Source: a virus. From it: 64,000 bases of DNA. A program made the translations under genes and the position numbers. The notes under the pieces are model-generated. The model was not told the origin of the DNA. It ran no database searches and worked only from the letters and a program-made list of their open reading frames with translations. The DNA is taken from positions 1 through 64,000 of IMG/VR virus record IMGVR_UViG_3300042988_001309. One strand, 5' to 3'. Shown piece after piece: positions 19,517-30,695 of the stretch. Every line of letters starts with the position of its first letter. The first letter of the stretch is position 1.

Positions 19517-20290
19517 ATGACCCCTGAACCCCTGCTGTTTCGCATCCGGGCGCTCCTGGCCAACGCCGAGGACCCTGGCAACCCACCCGAGGCCCAGAAG
19601 TCCTATCTGGCCAAGGCCAGCGAGTTGATGGCCAAGTACGCCATCGACGAGGCCCTGCTGGCCGGATCGGCCCCGATCGACCCCGGCGCCATGGAGGCCC
19701 GGATCATCAAGCTCCGCAAGGGCCCCTACCTCGGGGCCAACCTGGTTCTGCTCTCGGCCATCTGCTCGGTCCACAACGTGCGCACCGTGCGCTGGCCGGT
19801 CATGGCGGGGGAGACCCGCGTCGAGCTGTTCGGCTTCGCCAGCGACGTGGCCTTCGCCGAGCGGCTCTACACCTCCTGCCTGCTCCAGGCCAACACCGAG
19901 CTGGCCGGGCCCGAGATCGCCGCCCGCATGGCCGCCGAGTGCTCGCACGGCGCCCACAAGGTCGCCTGGCGCAACGCCTTCATCAAGGGCTTCACCACCG
20001 AGATCCTGGACCGCCTGATCGAGGCCAAGCGCAACGCCGAGGCCGCCGCCAAGGCCGAGACGGTCGCCGCCGGTGGCACCAGCACCTCGGTCGCCCTCGC
20101 CCTGGTCGACCGGACCAAGGCCGTGGACGCCGAGTATCGCCGCCGCCATCCGTACCTGCGCTCCGGCGGCGGCTCGCTCGGCGGGTCCGGCCGGGGCTCG
20201 GGCTCCTCGATGGGGCGCCAGGCCGGACGCCGGGCCGACATCGGCAACAAGCGGGTGGCCAGCCGCCCGGCGATCGGGGCAGGTTCTTGA
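19517..20290 (+). CDS. DUF2786-domain protein
   Basis: RIRALLANAE...EA...LAKASELMAKYAID N-terminus; G/R-rich C-terminus. Confidence 0.8.
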   Translation: MTPEPLLFRIRALLANAEDPGNPPEAQKSYLAKASELMAKYAIDEALLAGSAPIDPGAMEARIIKLRKGPYLGANLVLLSAICSVHNVRTVRWPVMAGETRVELFGFASDVAFAERLYTSCLLQANTELAGPEIAARMAAECSHGAHKVAWRNAFIKGFTTEILDRLIEAKRNAEAAAKAETVAAGGTSTSVALALVDRTKAVDAEYRRRHPYLRSGGGSLGGSGRGSGSSMGRQAGRRADIGNKRVASRPAIGAGS

Positions 20291-20446
20291 TGGATCAAGT
20301 ATCAGGACAACCGAGCTTGACTAGCGTGCGAGCGGTGGCCTTCGGGGCGGCCGGGATCTTGGTCCTGGCCATCGTGATCGGCCTCATCGCTTGGTCGCTG
20401 CTCAACGAGTTCTACCAAGCGCAAGACGAGTCGTGGGAGGACGACA

Positions 20447-21052
20447 ATGACAACTACTACTGACCAGGCCAACCTGGTGGCACTGGCGGCACGCCAGCTC
20501 AAGGAAGCCACAGTGGCCGAGAGCGGGCCGGGCGACATCCGCCCGATGATGCACGGCTTCAACGCCGAGGGGGAGTCGATCGGCCTGGTCGTCATCCCCA
20601 CCAAGGGGCACCCGGTCGAGTGGGTCGCCTACGCCGTGGCCGTGCTCAACCCGGCCACGATCCACTTCATCGTCGAGACCTACATGACCACCGTGGACAT
20701 CGACTCGCTCGATGCCGACGGGACGCCGCCGCCGGTGGGCGACTTGTCTCAGCGGTTCGCCGACGGCGATGGCGCGGTGGCCGAGGCCGTCGTGGTCACC
20801 TCGCTGGTCGATGGCGTGGTCTCGACCCGGTCCATGCGCTACAGCTACGACGGCTCCACGGTCTGCTGGGGCGAGGAATCGTCCGGCACCGACTACGCCG
20901 GGATCGTCCCCCAGTTCCTGACCACCACCCGCAAGTTCTACGAGGACTCGCCCGAGGTGGCCCGACGGGCCGCCATGGTCATCATGGAGAACGGGGGAGC
21001 GGTGGCCATCTCCCGCGAGCGCATGGCGGAGATCGGACTCACCGATGCCTGA
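20447..21052 (+). CDS. Hypothetical protein
   Basis: 201 aa, GGAGG RBS. Confidence 0.6.
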   Translation: MTTTTDQANLVALAARQLKEATVAESGPGDIRPMMHGFNAEGESIGLVVIPTKGHPVEWVAYAVAVLNPATIHFIVETYMTTVDIDSLDADGTPPPVGDLSQRFADGDGAVAEAVVVTSLVDGVVSTRSMRYSYDGSTVCWGEESSGTDYAGIVPQFLTTTRKFYEDSPEVARRAAMVIMENGGAVAISRERMAEIGLTDA

Positions 21053-21214
21053 GCCGATCCGCGAACCCATCACCGAGACCGAGGCCGCATCGACACTGGC
21101 CGCCTGGGCCCTGTCCAACCGGCCCGAGGCCGACGAGGTCTGCCGCCTGGCCGCCTCGGTGATCCTGCTGCACCGCAAGCTCGCCCAACTCGCACAACCA
21201 ACGGGAGCCACCGT

Positions 21215-21820
21215 ATGACCAAGCCCAACTACAGCCATATCACCGTCCTGCTGGATCGCTCCGGCTCGATGAACGCCATCAAGTCCGACATGGAGGGCGG
21301 CCTGGCCACCTTCATCGCCGAACAGAAACTCGTCCCCGGCGAGGCCACCTTCTCGCTGTGCCAGTTCGATGACCGCTACGAGCAGGTGCTCTGGTTCACC
21401 CCGCTTGACATGGTCGAGAAGGTCACCTTGGAGCCCCGAGGGATGACGGCGCTGCTCGACGCCATGGTGCGCTCGATCACCGAGACCGGCGCTCGCCTCG
21501 CCGCCATGGCCGAGGACGAGCGACCCGAGCACGTCCTGTTCGTGGTGATCACCGACGGGCTGGAGAACGCCTCGACCATCTCCACCCGGGACCAGGTCAA
21601 GGACCTCGTCGAGCGCCAGACCAACACCTACGGCTGGACGTTCCAGTACCTCGGGGCGAACCAGGACGCCGTCATGGTCGGCCAGTCCATGGGCTTCACC
21701 AACACCGCCAACTACGCCGCCAACGCTCAGTCGGTCAACGCCAGCTACGCCGGGCTCTCGGCGTCGGCGACCCTGCTGCGCTCCACCGGCACCTACACCG
21801 GCGTCGCGGACACCAACTGA
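21215..21820 (+). CDS. von Willebrand factor A domain protein
   Basis: MIDAS motifs LLDRSGSM, GMTALLDA, ITDGLENAS; also FQYLGANQDA. Confidence 0.9.
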   Translation: MTKPNYSHITVLLDRSGSMNAIKSDMEGGLATFIAEQKLVPGEATFSLCQFDDRYEQVLWFTPLDMVEKVTLEPRGMTALLDAMVRSITETGARLAAMAEDERPEHVLFVVITDGLENASTISTRDQVKDLVERQTNTYGWTFQYLGANQDAVMVGQSMGFTNTANYAANAQSVNASYAGLSASATLLRSTGTYTGVADTN

Positions 21821-22107
21821 TGCCCGAGCAGGCCGGGGAGACGCCGGGCTGGACGGCCGTGATCGGCCCCCAGTTCCGACGACTGATCCAAGTCGAGGCC
21901 CTCGGCCTGCCCGAGGACACCCCAGTGCCCGTCATGCGCGAGCTGGTGACGCTGGCGCTGGTCACCTTGGCCCATGAGTTCGGGCTCGACCAGGACGTGG
22001 ACCTGCTCTCCAAGGTCCGCGACCGCCAGTGGAAACAGCTCGACGAGGTGATCGCCCTCCCCGGCGTGCTCGACATGGTGCGCTCGCTGCTCAAGGACAT
22101 GGCATGA
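21820..22107 (+). CDS. Hypothetical protein
   Basis: Translationally coupled on both sides. Confidence 0.5.
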   Translation: MPEQAGETPGWTAVIGPQFRRLIQVEALGLPEDTPVPVMRELVTLALVTLAHEFGLDQDVDLLSKVRDRQWKQLDEVIALPGVLDMVRSLLKDMA

Positions 22108-22661
22108 AGCTGCGCAAGGACCACGACCCCCAGGCCGAACGGCTCTACGACGCCGAGGACGCCTGGAGCGACGACGAACGCATCGTGCGGTTCACCTCAC
22201 TGGACTCCACCCTCGACTACGCCGCCGCCATCGTCGAGAGCGAGTTCTGGCGGTTCAACTTCGCCGTGGTCGCCGGGGTCTGGGCCACCCACCCCGAGCG
22301 AGACCACAACGTGCCCGCCATGGCGCTGCACGACCCCGACCTGGAGGAGGGCGTCATCAAGCTGGTGCTGCCCCCATGGGCGTGGCGCCAAGACGTGGTG
22401 CTCCACGAACTGGCCCACATCGCCCACCAACTGAGCGCCTTCCGAGGGCGGGGGGCCAGCCACGGGCGCGAGTACGCCGCCGTGCTGCTCGCCCTCATCC
22501 GCTTCGCCATGGGCGACGACACCGCCGAACGCCTCGGGCGCCAGTTCGAACGCCGTGGCGTCGAGGTGTCCGCCGCCCTGCACTTCACCCGCTACCGCGA
22601 GACCGCCCCCGCCGCCGTCGACCGGCTCAATGGGGCCATCGCCTTGAAAGGATCATTGTGA
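22104..22661 (+). CDS. Zinc metallopeptidase (HExxH; TIGR04338/SprT-like)
   Basis: Q..RLYDAE, LPPWA...VVLHELAH...HGREY. Confidence 0.75.
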   Translation: MKLRKDHDPQAERLYDAEDAWSDDERIVRFTSLDSTLDYAAAIVESEFWRFNFAVVAGVWATHPERDHNVPAMALHDPDLEEGVIKLVLPPWAWRQDVVLHELAHIAHQLSAFRGRGASHGREYAAVLLALIRFAMGDDTAERLGRQFERRGVEVSAALHFTRYRETAPAAVDRLNGAIALKGSL

Positions 22662-23096
22662 GCGGCCGCACCTTCCCCGTTGGGGAGCCACTGAGAGAGC
22701 GCACCACCGGCCGGGTCGGCACCGTGGTGCGCCAAGAGCTGTTCAAGCCCGAGATGGCGATCCGCCTCAACGGCGAGATGCTCGATCTGGTCGTCGAGGA
22801 CGAGGACACCTGGGGCTGGGAACCACTGCTGGGGAACGGCTGATGGGCGCCTTCCTGCTCCGTGGCTCGCTCTACTTCTCGGCCGCCCAGGTCGCCGACG
22901 ACCGAGGGCACCGAGGGCTGGCCGCCGTCATCTTCCTCGGCGGCATGGTCATCGAGATCGCCGTGATCCAGACCCACCGGGAGAACCAGCGCCTGCGCCG
23001 CCGGGCTCGACGACTGCTCGATGCGATGGCCGCCGAACAGGCCGCCGAGGACGAGCGCCGCCGCACCGTGTGGCGCTCCGGCCCGAGGGTCCTGCC

Positions 23097-23459
23097 ATGA
23101 GCATCGCCAAGGTCCCCGGCCGCCGCCCGATGTCCGAGGCACAGATCCAGGGGCGCCTCATGGCCAAGCTGCGGTGGTCGCGCTGGCGTGTCGTCCACTT
23201 CCGCCCGGCCGTCATGCGCTCCGGGAAGTGGGCCACCCCGTATGAGGGCGACGGCGGCTTCCCCGACATCATCGCTGCCCGCTACGGCGAGGCGCTGGCG
23301 CTGGAGGTCAAAGGCCCCCGCACCCCGATCCAGCCCGGCCAGCCCGAGTGGATCGAGCTGTTCGACTCGGTCCCCGGCATGGAGGCCCAGTTCGTGTACG
23401 AGGCCGACCTCCCCGCCATCGAGGAGCGCATCGCCCGACCCCCCATCACGCCGTCGTGA
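23097..23459 (+). CDS. VRR-NUC domain nuclease
   Basis: SEAQIQ...GFPDII...LEVK...Q.EW. Confidence 0.8.
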   Translation: MSIAKVPGRRPMSEAQIQGRLMAKLRWSRWRVVHFRPAVMRSGKWATPYEGDGGFPDIIAARYGEALALEVKGPRTPIQPGQPEWIELFDSVPGMEAQFVYEADLPAIEERIARPPITPS

Positions 23460-23568
23460 GCCCGCAACTCATGGTCGGGCTCTACGCCGCCGCCCCGATC
23501 GTCGGCGGGCTCGCCGCCTACCTGATCCCGCTCGACCTGCGCGAGCGCCTACGTCGCTGGAGGAAGCG

Positions 23569-23886
23569 ATGAAGCCCCTGCCCCCCAAGCCGCCCCTGGA
23601 GCCCGGCACTGCCGCCGAGGCCTACAACGCCGAGCGCCGCCGACTGCTGCGCCGTGCGTTCGCTCTGGTGGACACCATCGGGCTCACCGATGACGAGCGC
23701 CGAGAGCTGGCCATGATGGTCGGCACCCACGGCGCCTCTGGCCCGGTGTCGTGGGCCGCACTGAGCATCGCCGACCTGGAACAGCTCATCGAGCGTCTGG
23801 TCGGCTACGAGCAGGTGAGCGTCCTGCTGGCCATGCGGATCATCCGCCAGCCCGCCGCCGAGGCCCCCGCCCGTCATGTCGGATGA
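23569..23886 (+). CDS. Hypothetical protein
   Basis: GGAGG RBS; helical, GLTDDERRELA. Confidence 0.45.
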   Translation: MKPLPPKPPLEPGTAAEAYNAERRRLLRRAFALVDTIGLTDDERRELAMMVGTHGASGPVSWAALSIADLEQLIERLVGYEQVSVLLAMRIIRQPAAEAPARHVG

Positions 23887-24565
23887 GCCCTTCGCCATCG
23901 AGCGGGTCGGCGAGGTCAAGCGCGACACGTACCACGCCCAGCACCGCGACTGGTATCGCAAGGCCCTGCTGCGCCGCCAGCTCCTGGCCTTCGCCATGCC
24001 CGGCGCGGTCTACGTCCCCTTCATCGGTGACGGCGACCTGGCCGTAGAGCTGTACGCCGACCGCCCCATCGCCGGAGCTGACATCGAGCCCGACCGGGTC
24101 GCCACCGCCCGCACCCGGCTCCCCAAGGCCCGCATCATCACCGCCGACTGCAACCTGTGGCCGTTCCCCGGCCTGCGCACCCCGATCGCCGTGGCCGACT
24201 TCGACGCCTGGGACTACCCGTACCACGCCTGGCGGGCCTTCGCCGAGGGCGCCGTCATGGCCGACACGGTCGTGGTGTTCTTCACCGACGCCCAGCGGAT
24301 GCCCATGCAACGCCACGGCATCTGGACCGAGCCCGACGGCACCCGCATGGTCGCTCAGCTCCCCACCGACAACCCGAGTCGCCGCGGTGGCGGCAAGCCC
24401 GACGTGGCCAAGATCCGTCGCCCGTTCAACGCCTGGTTCACCGAGCACCTGCGGCCGTGGTTCTTCGCCGAGTGCGACCGCATCGGCTACGAGGCCGGGG
24501 TGATCCGCCACTACCCGGTGCGCACCACCGCCTACTGGGGAGCGGTGATCACGCGTGCGAGCTAA
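23876..24565 (+). CDS. Class I SAM-dependent methyltransferase-like protein
   Basis: YVPFIGDGDL, GADIE, TADC, ADFDAW motifs in Rossmann order. Confidence 0.5.
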   Translation: MSDEPFAIERVGEVKRDTYHAQHRDWYRKALLRRQLLAFAMPGAVYVPFIGDGDLAVELYADRPIAGADIEPDRVATARTRLPKARIITADCNLWPFPGLRTPIAVADFDAWDYPYHAWRAFAEGAVMADTVVVFFTDAQRMPMQRHGIWTEPDGTRMVAQLPTDNPSRRGGGKPDVAKIRRPFNAWFTEHLRPWFFAECDRIGYEAGVIRHYPVRTTAYWGAVITRAS

Positions 24566-24649
24566 CCAGATCCACCACTTGTCACCCGCAACACTGGTAA
24601 CGTGTACGCATCGGGGTCTTGGCCCCGTATGTGAGACCGGGAGGGTCTG

Positions 24650-25416
24650 ATGATGTTGAGCGCCATGCTCTTTCGATGGCACGACGGGACGTTGACCGTC
24701 GGCTGGACAACGCTGGTGGCCGTCATCGTCATCTGGGTGGTGCTGCGTTCCCTCATCGGCCAGACCGTGAGGAAGCGGGAGACCTGGTTCGGCAATGCGT
24801 TCGCCGAGGCCCGAGCCCGCCAGAGCGCCGCCCGGCGAGCGAGCAAGACCAACTGACCATCCGTGGCCGCCAAGACCAAGAGCCCCGCCAAGGCCAAAGG
24901 CGACCACACCCCCGGCCCGAACGGCTGCCCCAGCGGCCGCCTCCTGGTCAACGGGAAGGCCTGGTGTCCCGAGCACGCCCCCCGGACCGCCCACCGCAAC
25001 TGCTCCCACACCCACACCCACTCCACGCCGGACGGCGCCGTGCGCTGCGCCTGGTGTTGGACCGAGATCGGAGAGAACTGACCAATGGCCCCCGATGAGC
25101 CTGACGACGGCACCGACTGGCGCGCCGCCTACTTCGCCCTCCTCATCACCATGAACGAGATCGTCACCGTGCTGCGCATGGAGGTCCGCCGCCTGGAGGC
25201 CGTAGCTGGAGCGCCGACATGAGCGCCCCGGTGCGCCGCGTGATGTTGATCAAGAACGGCAAGAGCGACCACGTCGTCCACAAGGTCCAGGTCGACCTCA
25301 AAGAGGGCTCGATCAAGACCCGCTGCCAGAAGATCGGCCGCCCGATGACCCTCGACCCGAACAACCCCGGCGACGCCGCCATCTTGGCCGCCGCCCAGAC
25401 CTGCCCGCACTGCTGA
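24650..25416 (+). other. Cluster of small hypothetical genes (24650-24856 membrane; 24863-25081 and 25219-25416 Cys-rich)
   Basis: Short + strand ORFs with typical codon usage. Confidence 0.45.
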
Positions 25417-25444
25417 CCCACCCAACCCAACCAGGAGGAACCCC

Positions 25445-25990
25445 ATGGCCAAGACGGCCGTCATCGAGCCCAGCCCATCGGTGCTCAAAGCCAAGCTCAC
25501 CAAGACCACCCGCAACCTCGACGAGGCGCGCGAGACCATCTCCCAGCTCCGCGCCGAGCTGGACCGGGTCAACGACACCAACGCCGGACTGTTCGACAGT
25601 TGCCATGACCGCGACGGTCAGATCGCCGAGTTGAAGGCCAAGATCGGCGATCTGGAGGCCGCCGAGGCCGCCGCCGCCGCCAAGGCTGCCGCCGCCCGCG
25701 CCAAGCCCGTCGTCGGCAAGAACGCCTGCCCGACGTGCGGTGTGAGCCGCGGCGTGGCCGACCGGGCCGTGGAGTTGCAGGTCCAGAACAACCGCCTCAA
25801 CCGCGAGTACCGCCAGATGGCGGCCGACCTCGGCGTGGCCAAGGCTGACGCCCGCATCGCCGCCCTGGCCGCCTCGGATGCCCAGGCATCGCTCCAGCGC
25901 AAGGTGAGCCGCCAGAAATCGGCCATCAAGACGCTGGAGGCCAAGCTCGCCCGCCGCGGCGAGTCCCCCTACGCCGAGGACGCCCAGTGA
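25445..25990 (+). CDS. Coiled-coil protein with a CxxC motif
   Basis: AGGAGG RBS; heptad repeats. Confidence 0.6.
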   Translation: MAKTAVIEPSPSVLKAKLTKTTRNLDEARETISQLRAELDRVNDTNAGLFDSCHDRDGQIAELKAKIGDLEAAEAAAAAKAAAARAKPVVGKNACPTCGVSRGVADRAVELQVQNNRLNREYRQMAADLGVAKADARIAALAASDAQASLQRKVSRQKSAIKTLEAKLARRGESPYAEDAQ

Positions 25991-26310
25991 GGCGCGCCGG
26001 AGGGGTCGCCCTCATCCTCCTCGCCGTCATCGTCGCCGTGGCCGTGATCATCGGCGGCTATCAGCTCGGCTGGTGGCTGGAGAAGGACTCGGTGAACCGC
26101 CGGGCCCGCATCAACCAGGACAGCTACAACCGCCAGAACGCCCTCGTCGAGCAGGTCCTCGACGACATCTCTGAGGCCCAGGACCCGAACCTGCCCGCCG
26201 CCCAGCGCGCCGCCATCGTCGACCAGGTCTGTGACTCGGCCGCCAAGCTCACCGGCTCGATCGAGCTGCCCCTGAGCGCCCAGAACTTCATCAACCAGGA
26301 GTGCCAGTGA
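25987..26310 (+). CDS. Membrane-anchored protein
   Basis: N-terminal TM helix; two Cys. Confidence 0.65.
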   Translation: MRRAGGVALILLAVIVAVAVIIGGYQLGWWLEKDSVNRRARINQDSYNRQNALVEQVLDDISEAQDPNLPAAQRAAIVDQVCDSAAKLTGSIELPLSAQNFINQECQ

Positions 26311-26900
26311 AGAACATCCGCAAACCCCTCGCCGTGCTCGCCGTCATCGCCGTGGGCATGGTCCTGACCGCCGCTGGCTGCTCGGAGTCAAAGACCTCCA
26401 GCTCGGCCCGTAACGAGTCCAACGTGGCCGCCACCCAGCTCGACCAGTTCCTCAAGGCCCAGCCGGTCCCGATGTTCAACTGGAGCCAGCTCCGCCAGAA
26501 CCTCATCGAGATCGAGACGGCCCAGGCCAACACGACGGCCACGACGAGCTTCATGTTCCTCCAGTCCGGCGCCGGGGCCACCGGCCCGCTGGTGCATTGG
26601 TGCCCCTCGATCGGCTTCCCGATCCCGGCCACCTACCAGCTCACCGCCCCCGAGGGCGCGGCGTACCGCCAGAACTACGACGACCTCGTCCTGCCCCAGC
26701 TTGAGTCGACCGGCGTCTACACCGGCGACACCACCGGCACCTACGTCATGTGTGTCGGCGCCGACGGCAAGGCCTTCGCCTTCTACCACGAAGGCTTCGT
26801 GAGCACCGTCACCGGCCCCGCCCACTGGGATACGGCCAAGGGCGAGATCGTCATGGACGGCTCCAGCTCGGCCACGTTCACGGCGGCAGGCAAGAAATGA
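26307..26900 (+). CDS. Lipoprotein
   Basis: Signal peptide with lipobox TAAG-C; WCPSIGFPIPATYQLT.P, GVYTG...GTYVMC. Confidence 0.7.
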   Translation: MKNIRKPLAVLAVIAVGMVLTAAGCSESKTSSSARNESNVAATQLDQFLKAQPVPMFNWSQLRQNLIEIETAQANTTATTSFMFLQSGAGATGPLVHWCPSIGFPIPATYQLTAPEGAAYRQNYDDLVLPQLESTGVYTGDTTGTYVMCVGADGKAFAFYHEGFVSTVTGPAHWDTAKGEIVMDGSSSATFTAAGKK

Positions 26901-29900
26901 ACGTCGAGCCGATCGGCTCCGCGGTGTTCAGCGACGGGGCCCTCATGGCCCCGATCGTGGACATCGTGCTGGTGGACGGCCAGATCATCATGGTCGCCCA
27001 CACCCACGGCCCGATCTCCGCACAGCGCCTCGACGAGGTGCGGGTCCACGGGGCCGACGGCTCGCACATCTGCACCGCCAGCGTCGACACCGATATCGCC
27101 GAGGCGATACCCGAGGGCGACTGCCTGACCCTCTACATCCCGCTGGTGCTCGGCTCCACGGTCGGGATGCAGACCGGCAAGGTCTGGGAGCGGGTCGACA
27201 TGAACACCATGGGGCCCAAGTCGTGAGGCGCCGTCGTCGCTACCGGAGCGAGTCGGTCCTCGACCGTTGGTCACTGCTGTGCAAGGTCAACGACCGCTGG
27301 CACGTCTACGTCCCCACCGACGAGGCCCACACGGTGACCACCCGCCCCGTGCGTTGGTCGAGCCCCCGCGATCTCATCCGCTTCCCACTGCACTGGTGGT
27401 GGGTCAGGAGGTACTGGTGACCATCCCCAACACCTGCTCGCACTGCGGCGAGATGCTCGGCCGCCCGGCCGTCATCCAGACCCGGGATGGCATCGAGACC
27501 TACCTGTGCTCGGCCTGCTGGGTCCAGTGCTCCTGTGAGTACGACGACCCCGACGAGTGCCTCATCCACGGCACCCGCAAGCCGTCCGAGCCCGAGCCCG
27601 AGCCCGAGCCCGAGACCATCGAGTGCCACGGCGACGTGTCCGCCGGGGGAGTGTTCCGCTACCCCCAGCCGTCATGGCGCCCGCCTGACGGCGATCACTC
27701 CTACCGAGGGACCGGCCGGAGTGGCCCGGACGGCATGGTGTGGGACCCCTGCAACGTCTGCGGCGAGGCCTACGAGGCCGCCACCCACGGCACGGCGTGG
27801 CGCACCTGCTCGTACTGCGGCTCGATCCACCCGGCCGACCTGCTCGCCCGCACCGACGTGGTCCGAGTCGAGTGGGCCGACCTCAAGTACGGCTGGCCCC
27901 ACAAGCTCTACATCGACCTGCCCAAGGGCGATCGGGCCAAGTTCTACACCGCCCACTTCATGGACTTCCCCCAGCTCATCGAGCCGTTCAACGCCGCCTT
28001 CCGCCACTGCGGCTACGAGTTCGACCTGGTGATCGTCGATGACCAAGCCCGCCTCATGTACCGGAGTACCTGGTGAAGAACCAACTGCTCGGCGAGCGCA
28101 TCGTGATCAACGACGTGCATGACGACACCCACGTCCTGGTGACCTGCCGCGAGTGCGGCGCGGCCGTCATGAGCCCGGACATCCATGAGGCCTGGCACAC
28201 CCGCATCGACCCGCCTCGCATGGACCTGCTCAACTACGACACCGACCTGCTGCTCAAGCTGTCCGAGGCGCTGTACCACATCCCCCACCAGGTCACCCTC
28301 GACGCCAACAAACGGGCCTGGTTCGCCGCCCGCTTCATCGAGCTGCTGCGCGCCAACCCCGAGACGGTCTACGCCGTCGTGCGCGAGGTGGGCGGCCCGT
28401 TCGCCGAGCTGGCCCGCATCGGCGCCCTGTGTGTCGCCATCGAGCGCGCCGTGGCCCAGGAGGTCGACGGGGTCCCGATCCCGGCGACGCCGACCACCGA
28501 GGTGAACCACTGGCACGCCGTGCGTGACGCCACCCGTGACGCCGTGACACTGGCGCACAAGATCGTGGCGGTGTCGTCGTGACCGGCTCGATCATCGGAC
28601 GCCAAGCCCAGCCCCACCGCTGCGCCCACCCGACCGCCCTCACCTCCGGCTATCGGTTCGGGGACGTGTGGCAGTGCAACGACTGCGGGGCCACCTGGGT
28701 CGGGCGCAACTGCACCGACCGGGGCTTCATGCTGCCGGTGTTCACCCGCGAGACCTGGGGCGAGCGCCGCAAGCGCCTCAAGGCCGCTCGCAAGGCGGCC
28801 AAGTCGTGAGACGCCTGCTCGTCGCTCCGCTGACCGCTGCCCTGATGCTCCTCGCCCCGGGGTGCGGCCCGTCATGCCCCGGCGGCCGAGTCGTGCAGGA
28901 CCCACCGACCATGGTCCCCCAGATGCGCTGCTCCACCGTGGGCAAGACCACACGGTGCTGGACCCAGATGACCTGGGTGCCCCGCTACCACTGTGAGCGC
29001 GACCAGTGAGCGAGTCCAAGGCCTGCCAGTGCGACAACTGCGGCAAGGTCGAGACCCTCCACCCGAGGGACTTCGTCCACCCGAGGGGCTGGGTCTTTGT
29101 GTCCGGCCTGCCCGAGGGCCGCCGCGATTTCTGCACCCCCGGCTGCCTGCGCGTGTGGGCGGCCCAATCCCCGGGAGCCCTGACCCAGTGAGCGGACCCA
29201 AGATCGACTTCGACGCCATGCTCGCCGAGCACGCCGATCGCTCTGGCGACAACTTCGACATCGGTGACGACACCACCTGGGAGGGTCCCGACATCTGGTG
29301 CCGAGCCCACAACGAGGGCCAGTGGTGCTGCGTCGATGCGCTCCTGGCCGCCGGGTACACGATCGTGCCCCCGAGCGAGGAGACGCCGTCATGAGCGACA
29401 TGGCGCTCGGCATCTGCATGGGCCTGTGGCTCGGCGCCCTCGTCACGATCCTGATCGGCGGCATCATGGCCGACCACATGGTGCGAGCCCTGGAGAAGGT
29501 CCCGGAGCGGGTCACCACCGAACGCCTGCGCCGCCGCCCGCATCGCCACCGCTGGTGCGCCTGGACCATGATCGACCACCCGACCGAGGGCCGGGTCTAC
29601 TTCGCCAAGTGCGCCTGGAGCGAGATCGGCGCCGCCCGCGAGGTGCTGCGCGACGAGGCTCGCTGGCGGGTCGAGCACAACATGCCCCCACAGGAGGCCC
29701 GTCATGGCGCTCGCTGACATCGCCGACCCCGAGGACGTGGGCGGGAACTGCACCCTCGGCATCACCGAGTCCGAACTGCGCGAGGCCCTCGGCGAGGACT
29801 ACGACCACTTCACCGCCTGGATGATGGGCCAGACCGGCGCCATCTGTGAGGGCGTGCGTTGGGACTGGCTCAAGCGGGAGTACGTGCCCTCTGGCTGCGG

Positions 29901-29964
29901 CCCGCACGGCTACGTGGTCTACCGCTCCGACTTCGTGCGCTACGTCCAGGGGCGCCGCCGCTGA
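26897..29964 (+). other. Run of about 11 translationally coupled small hypothetical genes, many Cys-rich
   Basis: ATGA/GTGA overlaps at 26897, 27223, 27417, 28073, 28579, 28806, 29006, 29188, 29391; frequent CxxC pairs. Confidence 0.55.
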
Positions 29965-30275
29965 TGGGCGGCCAAGGCCGTCGTGAGCGGCGAGCCGCTG
30001 CGTCCATCTCTGCCGACGGCTGGACGTGTCACTACTGCCGCGCCCTCGACATCCCCCGCGACAAGCTCACCGTGGACCACATCATCCCCAAGGCGCTCGG
30101 TGGCCCCAACGCCAAGTGGAACCGGGTCCTGTGCTGCCAACGGTGCAACGTCCGCAAGAGCGACCAGACCTACGAGGAGTTCACCGGCAAGGACCAGCTC
30201 CCGGTCCAGTGCTGGCGCCACGCCCGCACCACGGCCGAGTTCCTGCTGTTCGCCGATCTGCATCGCCTGGACTGA
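29964..30275 (+). CDS. HNH endonuclease
   Basis: CHYC...TVDHIIPK..GG.N...N....CQRCN; near the terminase genes. Confidence 0.9.
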   Translation: MGGQGRRERRAAASISADGWTCHYCRALDIPRDKLTVDHIIPKALGGPNAKWNRVLCCQRCNVRKSDQTYEEFTGKDQLPVQCWRHARTTAEFLLFADLHRLD

Positions 30276-30335
30276 TCAGGTCAACCGAGCCTGACCATCC
30301 GCCCCAGCCGTCATCGCCCCGACTGGAGTAGCCCC

Positions 30336-30611
30336 ATGGCGATCCGCACCTTCCGCAAGCGCCCGATCCTCATCGAGGTGGTCCGCTGGACCGGCGACAA
30401 CCTGGCCGAGTTGGTCGAGTGGGCGGGCGCCCGCAACCTGAGCTACCGCACCGACGCCAACGGCCAGCCGCACCTGCGCGTCAAGGTCCACGCCGAGGAG
30501 GACTGGTGCAACTGCCCGGTCGGCCACTACGTGGCCCGAGGGGTCTACGGCGAGTTCTACCCGATCCGGGAGGACATCTTGCACGCCACCTACGACGAGG
30601 TCGACGCCTAG
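30336..30611 (+). CDS. Conserved phage hypothetical protein
   Basis: FRKRPI.IE...W.GDN...G.Y...G..GEFYP...DI...TY. Confidence 0.7.
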   Translation: MAIRTFRKRPILIEVVRWTGDNLAELVEWAGARNLSYRTDANGQPHLRVKVHAEEDWCNCPVGHYVARGVYGEFYPIREDILHATYDEVDA

Positions 30612-30695
30612 CGGGGTCCTTGAACACCGTCCCCCACAGCGACCAGACTGACTGATACCTACCAGAGATGGTGGTGTGAGAAGCGAGGTGCAGTA

